Below are positions 24,848 through 37,500 of a DNA stretch of 64,000 nt, piece after piece. The stretch is from Mizuhopecten yessoensis (taxonomy: Eukaryota): positions 148,164 to 212,163 of the forward strand of contig NW_018408774.1 in NCBI RefSeq assembly GCF_002113885.1, written 5' to 3'. The notes beneath the pieces were generated by a model. It was not told where the DNA came from. It ran no database searches and saw only the letters and a list, made by a program, of their open reading frames with translations. Made by a program: the position numbers and the translations under genes. Positions within the stretch are counted from its first letter, which is position 1; each line of letters opens with the position of its first letter.

Positions 24848-25525
24848 GACTTTTGACCGTGCCACATGATTTAGGAGTTATAAGAAAGTCAGTTTAACAC
24901 TGAACTCGCGATTCGTCACAGAATGGTTTAATGAATGGGGCACAGGATCCTGGGTATTTCAGTTTTCAAGGAGCCAGCCAATCAAAAAAGTTCAGACATA
25001 TCGCTGCACTATACTTTAACCTCACATGGACTTCACGCCATGTGAACTTAAAATTATATATCAGTTAAAAAGAAATAAATGAAATCAATCTTTACTTCCT
25101 CCACAAAAATAAACCGTTTTTAAAATCGTTGCAAGGCATAATTAAACAAAAACGTGTATCGTATACAAATTTTATTGTGACTAAAACCATGTTTACATGA
25201 CAATATCAATTCATATTTATTCCAATTTCTAATATGGGTATCAATCTCATATTATCACTGAGAGACAAAAGTTTGTACAAGTAAAGCTGCCAACTTATGG
25301 GTACCTAGAGATTTACCTATAACTCCCGTTATCACAGTAACCTTCCATCAGAAATACACACGACCCTACGACTGGAGCGTCACATTGTATTGTTAATCAT
25401 ACAGATAACACTTAATACAGCCAAACTAGTACAGAGCCCCACCAAAAGGTAGGTTAGAAAGTGGTCTCCTAGCAGAAATGGTGTCTAAGAAACAGAAGAT
25501 GGTTTAAAATAGGTGGTTTGTAGAA

Positions 25526-25768
25526 CAGGGCCCAATTGTTTAAAAGGGGATTAGCTTAATCAGTGATTAGCGCAAATTCCAATTTTTGTGTAACTTTAAA
25601 ACGCAACCATTGAATTAGTTGCAACTTTCCAGATATCAAATATTTACTAGAGTGAACTTACATGCAAAATTGTTAGACTTTACCTTGTTTATTAAGGGAA
25701 TGATTAAAGGTTGAAAAATGTCGTTAAACAGTGGTTTAGCTAACCACCTTTTGAACAACTGGGCCCTG
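25526..25768. mobile_element. ~243-bp MITE
   Basis: TIR cagggcccaattgtttaaaa / ttttgaacaactgggccctg. A second copy lies at 27569-27811. Confidence 0.75.
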
Positions 25769-27228
25769 ATACTCAGAATTTTCTAAAATAATGCTATCCA
25801 AACGTTAAACGTGAGGGTTTTTATTTTTATTTTACCTAATAACTGTAGTCAACAAGCTGTCATACCTTTAAGTATGAAAATAACACGAGATCTAAGTTCC
25901 AGAAAGTTTGTATGCTCAAATGTTATTGCGGTTAGCCAAGTTAGACACTTAGTTTAAATGGAGGCCATCTGTAACTCTCCATGCTAAATAAGTTTCAAAA
26001 CCATTCATTTGAACTAAGGAGTAGTCTTATAAAGCTATCCCCCATTTCTGCTTTTGGGTTCGTTTCCTCTGCCCCTATCAATTTTCATTTTTAAATAATG
26101 TATCCCAGTGAACCTGCCCTTTTCATCCCCTCCCACAGAAGGAAATCCTTTAATAGTTGTATAATATTGAATTCCCTTGGGTGTCTCCATGCGAAACATT
26201 AAAATTCATTATACTTATGGTAGTCTTCACGTTTCTACAGAGTACAGGCTTCACAAAGTTATTTTTGTTAACTTAATGTTACTTTATCTTCATGCAAAGA
26301 CAATACAGGGTACTGAGAACCTCTAGATTATGGAGTAGTCTTTTTTTTAAGACTTACTCCCATTTTTTTCTATTGGGCCTCACCTGTCTGCCCAAAACGG
26401 AGACCCAAATCCTCGTTTATACAACAATTACTTCCCTTGGTCCAGGGATGAATGATTTACGCCTTATCTACCGGGTAGTTCAAATATGTTCAACTGTTTA
26501 TGACTAGTAGTCTTCAAAGAAAACCTTACAATGGATTACTTGCGAGTGAGAAAATAACACCCACACCCAGCAATCTCCAAGAAGCGTGTGCACAACATTC
26601 GTTTATACCAGCAAGGCTATCAAAAAATGATGCTGACTGGCTGATGGAAAAAACAGAAGAAGGAAATAATAGATCAAACTGACACAGATGCCGATACTTG
26701 TGCTCTATGTTAAATTTTCAGAATATCAGTTCTCATTTATATTTGAAGAAAGAAAAGGAAAATAAATAAACTCTTTCTACGACTAGGACAAATAAGCATA
26801 CAGTGTCAACAATAAAAATGTTCCAAGAAAAAAAATGATATTTTGACTACTTTCAGTTAAAAGTCTGAAATTGAGAAATATTCTCAAATTCTACTTTCAT
26901 AAAATTAACTAGTTTTGTTACTGGGATATCTTGATGATTAGAGAAAAATTATGTCGGAAAGGAGAAAATTGGTTGGGTATTTTGTTTACAGCCTCGTACA
27001 TCATCAAGATGAAATTAAAGAGAACAGGATGTGATATAATTTTTCAATGAAAATTGACACTTTAACTACATGCATGGAAACTTATAAAATAAATACTGTA
27101 GAATATGAAGATAAAAATGAAATCTATTATTTAAAAATACTCGAAGAAATTCTACCACAGAATAGCATCACCAACTCTAATGTACCGAAGACCTAGTGGA
27201 TATTAAAATGGACTCATAATACACTTCC

Positions 27229-27319
27229 TTAACTCATTCACCCCTGAAGACACATTTGAACCCTTCCAATTCATAGGTTGGACTAGTTCATTACGAAATT
27301 TCAGGGGTGAATGATTTAA
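27229..27319. mobile_element. ~90-bp MITE, second copy (opposite orientation)
   Basis: Same TIRs, with an internal sequence that is the reverse complement of 24329-24420. Confidence 0.7.
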
Positions 27320-27568
27320 ATCCTCTAATTGTACAAACAGTTTAAATAAATACATAACAATATCATACAATGTTTATCTACAAATGAAATATAAACATGA
27401 TTAATGCATCAGACATTCTATCTGTTGATGATAATATGTATGAAGTTACTGCCATCAGGAATCAATGCTAAATCTATGTACATGTTAAACATCACGAGAT
27501 AACACACTGTACAGTCATTAATGTAATAATTCAAATAATTAAGAGAAAACTAGATCTACCCTACACAT

Positions 27569-27811
27569 CAGGGCCCAGTTGTTTAAAAGACTTAATAATA
27601 AGTGATACACACAATTTTTAATTTTTGTATAACTTTAAAACACAACCATCAAATTAGTTACAACTTTCGAGATAGCAAATGTTAAGTCTTCAGAGTGAAT
27701 TACTTGCAAAATTGTGAGATTTTACCTTGTATATTGAAGAAACTATTAAAGGTTGAAAAATGGTGTTAAACAGTGATTAAGGTAATCACCTGTTGAACAA
27801 CTGGGCCCCAG
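27569..27811. mobile_element. ~243-bp MITE, second copy
   Basis: Collinear similarity to 25526-25768 with the same TIRs. Confidence 0.75.
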
Positions 27812-28506
27812 TGATCCTTTGCTGCCAAATTATTTCTTGAATCCCTGAATACAACTTTTATCCAAACAATCGATGATAATAAATTTATATGTAATTTTTA
27901 TTTTTTTTAAATTCAGCGATAAAAAGTAAAGTATATTTGTAATACTTCATTTTGAAATCATCATACACTGGATTTCTGTCAAGTCTTCAAAAATTTAGCA
28001 AGGACATGTTTTCTAGTAGATTATCAAATAGATAGAATGTCAAATAATGTTGATCGGCGTAGTTAAACCAACATGGAGGACTAGATTTGTGTAGACATCG
28101 GTACATTCTTGCAAAAAAGTCTCTGAGATCAAATGAAGTTTCAAACATAGCTAAACTTAAAATGTATCATAATATATATAACTATCCCAAATCATTTATC
28201 ATTATTTGATCACAAGTGCTGGTCTGCCAGTTACACAATCATTTATGAAGGATATATTCTACTTTGTTGTGAAATAAGTAGTTTTTCACTTGAGTTTCAA
28301 TTGGTAACAATTCGTACAGTTCTCCATAGGAAATCTGCTTAATCTTTAGGGACTTTTCTATGCCCCCCCCCCCCAAATTCCCCTAAATTTGACAAATCTA
28401 TTATCTATTTCTTTTCGTGTGGATTCTCTTCACTACTGACAGCGGACAGCAAGAATGTCAGTGAATATCACCAGAGGTTTATTACAGAGGACTAGACAGT
28501 TCACCA

Positions 28507-31500
28507 TCACGATCTCATGTACACTGGGAAGCCGTACACAACAGGAGCAGAACCGATGAGGTACGGAAGCTGACACACCTCCCGTGCAGCTGGTAGTATG
28601 TCCAGTAGGGAACAAGGCTTGTCCGCCGACAGCCAGGTGGTCAACAGGCTCTCCAGGAACCGGTCAATGTCGCGGTCAGTCACATCCCACAGGTTGGACA
28701 CGATACAGGGGCTACAATGTAAAACACACCAAGTTGAGAAATAGTACCTAAATTGTACAGCTGAAAGCTGGGCAGTATGCATGGTCTAACAACACAAACA
28801 CAAGTCATATCATGAAATTTTCCCCCTCTGTGTCATATTAAAGCTGAAATGATTGATGAATTTATCAATTATTGATAATCATCAAAACAAAAAGGTTATA
28901 AAGAATCTTTTATACATGTAGTAAAATAAAATATCATTGGTAGGATCTAGGTCTTTCTCTATCCTATAGTAGGAAGGGTCAACTTTTTTCAATACAACAT
29001 GCAGGAAATGTTTTTTTTATCAATTGCCTAAAATTGCGGTTTTAATTTAACAAAGTTGTTTATTGGAAAAATATAAGATGATAGTAATAATTCAGCAGAT
29101 AATACTTAACACAAGAAAGAGGTCAGAAAATGAAGTACAGAATAAAATATGCAAACTCAAATAATAGCTAAGTCATATTTTGGCCCCATTGCTGTTTATT
29201 TCTCCAATAACACCCTATACAAGTTTTTTTCCACTTCTAAATTATCTGAACTTAAACCTAAAACCTAAAATACCAATTATCACTACTATTTTATGGTTCC
29301 AGCTACATTAAATGTTACCCACCATCCGGACAGGAAGTAGTTCAGCATTATCCCAGAAGCCTCTAGCTGACCTTTGACCTGAAGACGGCCACTGCTACAG
29401 CCCATCAGAATGGTGGCAGCTCGACAGTTGACCTGTTGAAGGTCGTCACCATGGAAATACTTGCTGCCACTGCCATGACCACAGTAGCTGTAATATAAAC
29501 ACATTTAAAGTCTCGTTATCAGTTTTACATTATTGTTTGGAACAGTTGCAACTCTATGAGAATTTTCTTTTTTAATAACATGCAGTAATGTACAATTTCA
29601 ATAGCCTGGTGCTCAGTGCTAGTAAATTTGCTGTCAGAGCAAGTGATCATTTTCAATATTTTTTCGATGAAATTACAGGTTGGGATAGAAGGGTTTTTCA
29701 AAATCTGCCTGCAGCCTAATACTTTAGACAGGAAATCGGAAACCACAGACAGGCAAATCCTGGTATTTAACAGAGATGAAAATTGTGTAGCCGATGTAAT
29801 CTACTGTAAGTGCTGAAGATAAATATATGGGACCCAGTGTTTAAAGTCATAAAACAGTTCCAGATTAGACATACATGTCGACAGCAGATAAAGGACTGCA
29901 ATAAAAATCAGTGAAACACAACAGAATCTGTGTGTGATTATACAGTTGTGTATTAAATCAGGGAATAATGTGGGGGAAAATATAGCTAATAACACTGACA
30001 CATTCCCTTAATATTGAAATTGACATACAAATCATAATATTATCCCTGGACTGGTAAACTATTATTCACATCTATTTATCACTAGGTGAATGGCTGTCAT
30101 TTTTCTATACTTTTCTCTCTCTCCAGCACAGCGACATAACACAATACAGCGTTAAGTCATAAAACCTATGATAAAATCTAACATATAATCTATAACAGAA
30201 CTTACATCACCAGGTCACTCTGTGTCAGAGCCTCTTTGAACAGGTCAGCTGATGGTTTCTCTCCCACAAGTCCCTTCCAGCCAGGCTCTCTGTAAAACAC
30301 AATGTTCTGTTGTACAGAATTTGCTCAGTATGTTAAAATGTTTCTGAAGTAAGTGTCCAATTGATGCCCTTAGCCTAAGTACTCTTTATGTTGGCCTTGA
30401 TAAGAATAAAGATGAATGGAAACAATCCGATTGAGATCTATTACAGTACAAAAGGTAGCTCAAACTTGTTTGTTTTGGCTTAAAAGCTTCTTGATACAAA
30501 TAAGCCATTCCGATTGATATGTCTTGTCTGTGCCCCGCTTTGACCATCTATACACATGTCAAGTTTGGTTGGTCTAGCACTTACAGTTTCAGAGAAACTA
30601 ACCTAAACCTAAAATGCTGACAAAGTCAATAGATCATAAAAGGTAGGCCGCACCCAGCATTTGATGTATGGGTTGAGATGTACTACCTAAGATGCATCTA
30701 TGTTCCAGGTTTGGTTAGCACTTATACTTTCAGTGAAACTAACATAAGCGTAAAAACGTAATGTTGACGACGTAGGGAGGAAAAGCAACACCTTAGTCTC
30801 ACTTACGCTACTTCGTGGTGGCAACACAAAAAGGCTATTTGGGCCTAAATTGATAAATTCAAAACACTGCATACACAGGGACAACTAAATGCTAAATATA
30901 TGTTCAAGGATTGCAGTAGTGACTTACTTTTGAAACCAAGCCTGAAACGTTTCTCTTGTGGAGGACAGATTGCCATCCGGATCCAGGAAATAAAAGGTCT
31001 GTCGACTGTCGATTCCATTCTTATAAATGGTGTTCTCATCTGTTTGGAGGCAAGATAGCTGCACACACATGTGGTAAAAGGATGGAACACGAGAGACAGA
31101 ATGTTTCCTCAGAATTGGTATGCTTTCCCACGGGAGATGCTGAATAGTCTGAAATATAAAATAAAATAAACATTATAGCAATTTACAAATGACAAGACCC
31201 TGATTTCTTCCAAGGTATTTTTTTATCAAATATTTTACAGGTTTTCTTGTGAATGTATGTAACTGTTTTACAATTTTGACATCCTTTAATTCTTACCTTG
31301 AGTTGGCCCTTTAAAAATAAAAAATAAATATACCTAGGATGCATTCATTTATCGCGATCCAAACGGTTGAACCAATGTTGTTTGTTTATGAAATAAGGTC
31401 GGACCTGGTAATCTGATGCTGCCTTCAAGTGAGCCTAAACAAAGCCTTGTAAGACCTGCGTATACATTTGCAGATCCTACAGGATTTGGAAACAGACAAA

Positions 31501-34500
31501 CTGGTTGAACTGGAAACACATAAGGGGCCCTACAAAAACTAACCAAATGTCATTTAGGCAGTGATATTGTTAATATCCTACTCTAATCTGCACTAGTTGT
31601 TGATAGAATTGTTTTAAGTGCAGAAATTTTGACATAATTTAAGAAACCAAATAATTGGGATAATGAAGCATCCTTTACCTTGTCCAGTACCAGAATGACG
31701 TGCTGAGGCTTTGTGTCTTCACACGGTATTCCAGCATCCCTACATCGGCTTCTGATTGAGGAGACAAGTTGAGGGATGACCGCAGATCCAAGTGGACACC
31801 TGGTCAGTTCAGACAATGCAGTGGTCAGGTGCTGGTCAGATAAGTCATCCCCAGACTGAAGTAAAACCTATAAAACAAATACATTGCGGGTATCTGGGTA
31901 ATAACTGACTGGTGAACAGGCAGAGTACCAGTAGACTGAATAAGCATTCAAATCTATATATGATACAGGGGTACAACTGTACTAACTTTAACCTTGGAAG
32001 GACATGTGAAGATATTCTGTATTTACAATAAAATATCGGTTGGGCAAGTATTATTTGTTAAAATATGCTTGCAGGCTAGTACTCTTATATGAAATCCAAC
32101 ACCAATGATAAATGGACTGTGCTCTTCCAAGCGCTAATGGAATAGTTATCTGGACAGGTGCTGGTATTTCAATAGACAGACAAATATAGGGACAAAATGA
32201 TTCCTATATTCATTAACAATAACTACCCATTCATCAAAACAATTTCTTGCCAGGGTTGGAGTTCATCGGAGGTTATAATGTTTCTACACACCCTAAGGGT
32301 TGGAGTTCACCGGAGGTTATAATTTTTATACACACCCTAAGGGTTGGAGTTCCCCGGAGGTTATAATGTTTCTATACACCCTAAGGGTTGGAGTTCCCCG
32401 GAGGTTACAATGTTTCTACACACCCTAAGGGTTGGAGTTCACCAGAGGTTATAATGTTTATACACACCCTAAGGGTTGGAGTTCATCGGAGGTTATAATG
32501 TTTCTACACACCCTAAGGGTTGGAGTTCCCCAGAGGTTACAATGTTTATACACACCCTAAGGGTTGGAGTTCCCTGGAGGTTATAATGTTTATACACAGC
32601 CTAAGGGTTGGAGTTCCCCGGAGGTTATAATGTTTATACACACCCTAACGGTTGGAGTTCATAGGAGGATATAATGTTTATACACACCCTAAGGGTTGGA
32701 GTCCACCGGAGGTTATAATGTTCATACACACCCTAAGGGTTGGAGTTCACCGGAGGTTATAAAGTTTCTACACACCCTAAGGGTTGGAGTTCACCGGAGG
32801 TTATAATTTTTATACACACCCTAAGGGTTGGAGTTCCCCGGAGGTTATAATGTTTCTATACACCCTAAGGGTTGGAGTTCCCCGGAGGTTACAATGTTTC
32901 TACACACCCTAAGGGTTGGAGTTCACCAGAGGTTATAATGTTTATACACACCCTAAGGGTTGGAGTCCACCGGAGGTTATAATGTTCATACACACCCTAA
33001 GGGTTGGAGTTCACCGGAGGGTATAATGTTTATACACACCCTAAGGGTTGGAGTTCCCTGGAGGTTATAATGTTTCTAGACACCCTAAGGGTTGGAGTTC
33101 ACCGGAGGTTATAATGTTTTTACACACCCTAAGGGTTGGAGTTCACAGGAGGTTATAATGTTTATACAGACCCTAAGGGTTGGAGTTCCCCGGAGGTTAT
33201 AATGTTTCTACACACCCTAAGGGTTGGAGTTCACCGGAGGGTATAATGTTTATACACACCCTAAGGGTTGGAGTCCACCGGAGGTTATAATGTTCATACA
33301 CACCCTAAGGGTTGGAGTTCACCGGAGGTTATAAAGTTTCTACACACCCTAAGGGTTGGAGTTCACCGGAGGTTATAAAGTTTCTACACACCCTAAGGGT
33401 TGGAGTTCACCGGAGGGTATAATGTTTCTACACACCCTAAGGGTTGGAGTTCCCCGGAGGTTATAATGTTTATACACACCCTAACGGTTGGAGTTCATAG
33501 GAGGATATAATGTTTATACACACCCTAAGGGTTGGAGTTCCCTGGAGGTTATAATGTTTCTACACACCCTAAGGGTTGGAGTTCCCCGGAGGTTATAATG
33601 TTTATACACACCCTAAGCTTGGCTCTGGACACCACAGCTCCAGTGCGTTGTTGTATTTCGGTGTGGACGGCCTCAGTCAGAGCGGTCAGTTTCTGTCTGT
33701 CCTGGTCACTCACACAGAGACTGCCCAGTAGTAACACCTTCCAGTGACTGAGCCAGTAGTTCTCCATACCGTCCAGCACACTCTGTAACACATACATGGG
33801 AATAATCATATACTTAAGAGTCATTACTAAGTGTGTTTGGTTTGATCCATTATTTTTTCCCCTTGATTTCCATTCTGTCACAATTTGAGCCTTAGTTTGG
33901 GCCATTTAAGCCTAAGTTTCAGTGTAACACTCACTTTTATAGGCTGTGAAGATGAAAGTCTACAACAATGTTTTTGCTAGTTTCATTAACACCCTATTCT
34001 TGCTTACATGCATGCGGTCGTCCAGTCCTCTGCGGACTTTCCACCACTCGGCCTTCTTTGTCAGTTTGAGGCTCTGTCGACTCTCCTCCATTACAGCCGT
34101 GAACTCCGGCAGTATCTGCTGTCCCTATAGACAACATAGCACCAAACTTTAATTGGTTGAGATCTTATAAAATTCATGTGACACAACTATGATGTACATT
34201 TATCACCTTATTTGTTAAAAGTTGGACCATACCATTATTGAACTTTTAGTAAAAAATTTAAGTGTCAGTGTGATTCACCTGAATTTTAAGGTACCTTTAT
34301 AGATTTCTTAAAAGTACGTTTTAACTTTATTGACTTGTAACTATCTCGGATAACAATTTTTCTCTGTTTACATGATGAAAGCAAGTTCTACCAAATCCCT
34401 ATCAATCAATTTGTTTGCGAATTAAACCTGATTTCTTACCAGGAGACTGGAGATTCCTGGAAGGCTGACGATGACCGGCTCTGCGTGTTTCTCCAGCCGA

Positions 34501-37500
34501 CTGACCAGTAGGTGTGAGTGATGAGTGGGATGATTGACCACCGACAGATGACATACAACTATATCTGTAATTACAAGAAAGGTGATCAAAATAAAACAAT
34601 CTGTTTCGTCCTTTCTCTTCCTGCCCTTGATTTGTGTCAACCCTGATTTTTGGCATATTTTACAAGCACTATTAATACTTAAAAAATACTTTCTTCTTAT
34701 AACCTCAAAAAAGTTTAGTTTACATTGAGATAATACAGAAGTGAAAAAAACTATTCCGTCTTTGCGTATTGCAGAGTTATCTTCTCTTGTGAGCAAGTAT
34801 TGATTGTTACGTCATTGGTTTGTGTGAGAAAATTATGTCGTTTTCTCAAAAATTGATGACGTTACTCTCACAAACAAATGACGTAACAATCAATACCTGC
34901 TCACAAGAGAAGATAACTCTGCAATACGCAAAGACGGAATAGGGTTTGGAGGACAACACAACATTCCACAATATCTTTCATCCAAAACACACTTCAGAGA
35001 CTGATTTGAATTATAATGACACTTGAAAACAATTCAGTACATTGATGACAGAATTAAAGCAATTGTCGACCTGTGAATAGCAAGTGACCTAGGCCCCCTG
35101 AAATTCAATCTCTTCCAATTCAATGTATTTTCATACTTGACCTTTGTATAAACTTTGTTGTAAACCAGTTAAGAATGAAGTCAGTAGAGCAGTGACAAAA
35201 GTAAGGGCTGGACATGGGTAACACTATATGCTCCAGTTGGCGGGGGGGGGGCTTAATGAAAATAAACTATGGAATCTAAATTGAATCATAATAAAATATA
35301 AAATGAGTTCTGCAGAATACATACTACGGACGTTGAATGACTTAGGGAACTGAATTATGTGACTGGAAATTGACTTTAAGCCAGTACAGAAAAGTTCCTC
35401 AAACTAACAGCAGAAGGCCAGTAAAAACAAGGTATTATTTTAACAGCTGTCATACCATGAGGAAGTGCCTCCATCATCTTCTCAAGGTCACATTCAGATT
35501 TCGTGAATTGTAGACTTTCTTGTTCAATCCTGAGTTTATCCATGTCTGATTCCTCCTCCCTGTTACATTTGGTCACTTTCTGTTCACCAGTTTGTCCCCT
35601 TGTCAGCTTTGAATCCTTGCGTTGTACTTTGCCGGTCTGTTTTGCCTTGGACACCTTGGGGTTTGAGTTTAGGTTTTCTTTCTCTGTAAAAGCTTGCCCT
35701 TCCGAGTCAGTCGGTTCCTCAGTCACCTCCATATGTTCCGCATTCTGTTGACGCTTCATCTTTCTGGAAAAGAATATTGTAAGTTTTATTACCCAACTAA
35801 ATTTTTCTTGTCTACTTTGGTTATATATATGAAATGAATGTGTCATCTGGACCCAAATATCTAGGTAAATTACACAGGGTCATCACAAGCATTTTGTTTA
35901 CAAAAACAAATCTAGAATTCAGATAATTGTCTGATAATTGAGGAAATTCTTTCCACTGTTTGGCACAGATATTAAGGTCATAGGAGTGGATTGATAAACG
36001 GAAATAGGAAGTACATCAATGTAGGGAGACAGTATTACAATTTCCGCATATTCTAATGTTTAATATCAAACTGATGAATATTGTATGTTTATTATTGACA
36101 GAACAGTGTGTTCTCTCAATATTAAAGTATTTCAAAACAATCCAGGCATTAATTCGGGTTTTTTTATCAATGAGTCACATGTGTCCATTTTTCTGTACTT
36201 CAGGAAACCGGCTGCCTATTTTACTACTGTGAAGTTTTTCAAGAAATATAACTCTTACCTGCAATTAATATGTGTATATGGTTTTATTATAAAATGTCAA
36301 TTTTTAATCCTTTATAGATAAATCATTTTACATAATTTCAGCATTTTTTAAATTGATATACATTAATTCAATACTATGGCAGTATCATTTTTATTGACAT
36401 TATTTTGCAAAAAATTGTGTCTTTCATTTTCCCCCCCAAAAGTCACTCCTTTTTACATAAATTTCCATTTAAAATCCTTAAAATTGTGACAACCTATTTT
36501 TTTTTTGTGGCAGAACATTTTCTTTACTTCAAAGCAATATAACTACAAAATTTGAAGAAATTCTACTGAGAAATGGTGACACAATCCTATTACCTTAATG
36601 GCTAACAATGACAGCTGGAAAGCTACAGTAACTATAGTTTAGCCTGACAGGAACATCATTAGCTTATTACATTTTAATTGGCTTGACAATACCTGTTTGC
36701 TTATATATCATATAGGGACATATCTTGTAACTCTTATCAATGTTTTTTTTTATGATCTGAATTTCAGAAACAATGATGAACCAGTTGCATCACATAAATG
36801 AAATGGCCCAACGTTTGATCTGATGTAAAGTTCCACCTTGAGAGTGTTGGCTCACCAAGGTTTGATCTGATGTAAAGTTCCACCTTGAGGGTGTTGGCTC
36901 ACCAAGGTTTGATCTGATGTAAAGTTCCACCTTGAGTGTTGGCTTACCTGATTTTCTTGCCAGAGTTGACCAGAGCTTGGTGACGGAAAGTGACAGCCAG
37001 AGCCTCACACAGGTAGAAAGCAGCTTTAAGGGGAGATGACTCCAGATGGTGCAGAGCCTTCATGTGACAGATCTGGCTGTACAGGCCGGGAGACGGCATG
37101 TGGTGGACCTGCTGGAATGCTTTCTCCAGGGTTTCCTCTATGGATGCGTCCAGTTGACGAGCTGCTGTGTTTTCTGTAAATGTAATCGGTAATTGCTTTA
37201 ATACATGTATTAGTTGTGAGCATTTGTTAGTCATATATATTAGTAATCAAGCCTATAGAAGACCTGTGCAGGTTAACGGTTAGAGGAAACAATAATCCTA
37301 CTATATCTCGACAAATTATTACAAAAGTCAACTAATATTGAGTCCCTTATTTTACAGGCTGTTGAAACCTAAATTGACCTTCTGCACTTCTGCAACAGAT
37401 GAGATACTTATATTCAAAGTATTAAGCACTTCATTTTTATGGTATTTTGGTTTTAAAACAACCCTTTCCAGAAGGAATAAATTTGGTCACTAAAAAAACT

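Noticed and set aside
21178-33617. Regularly spaced 31-46-bp repeats as possible CRISPR arrays
   Set aside because: Units are contiguous with no unique spacers, there are no cas genes, and the context is eukaryotic and intron-containing.
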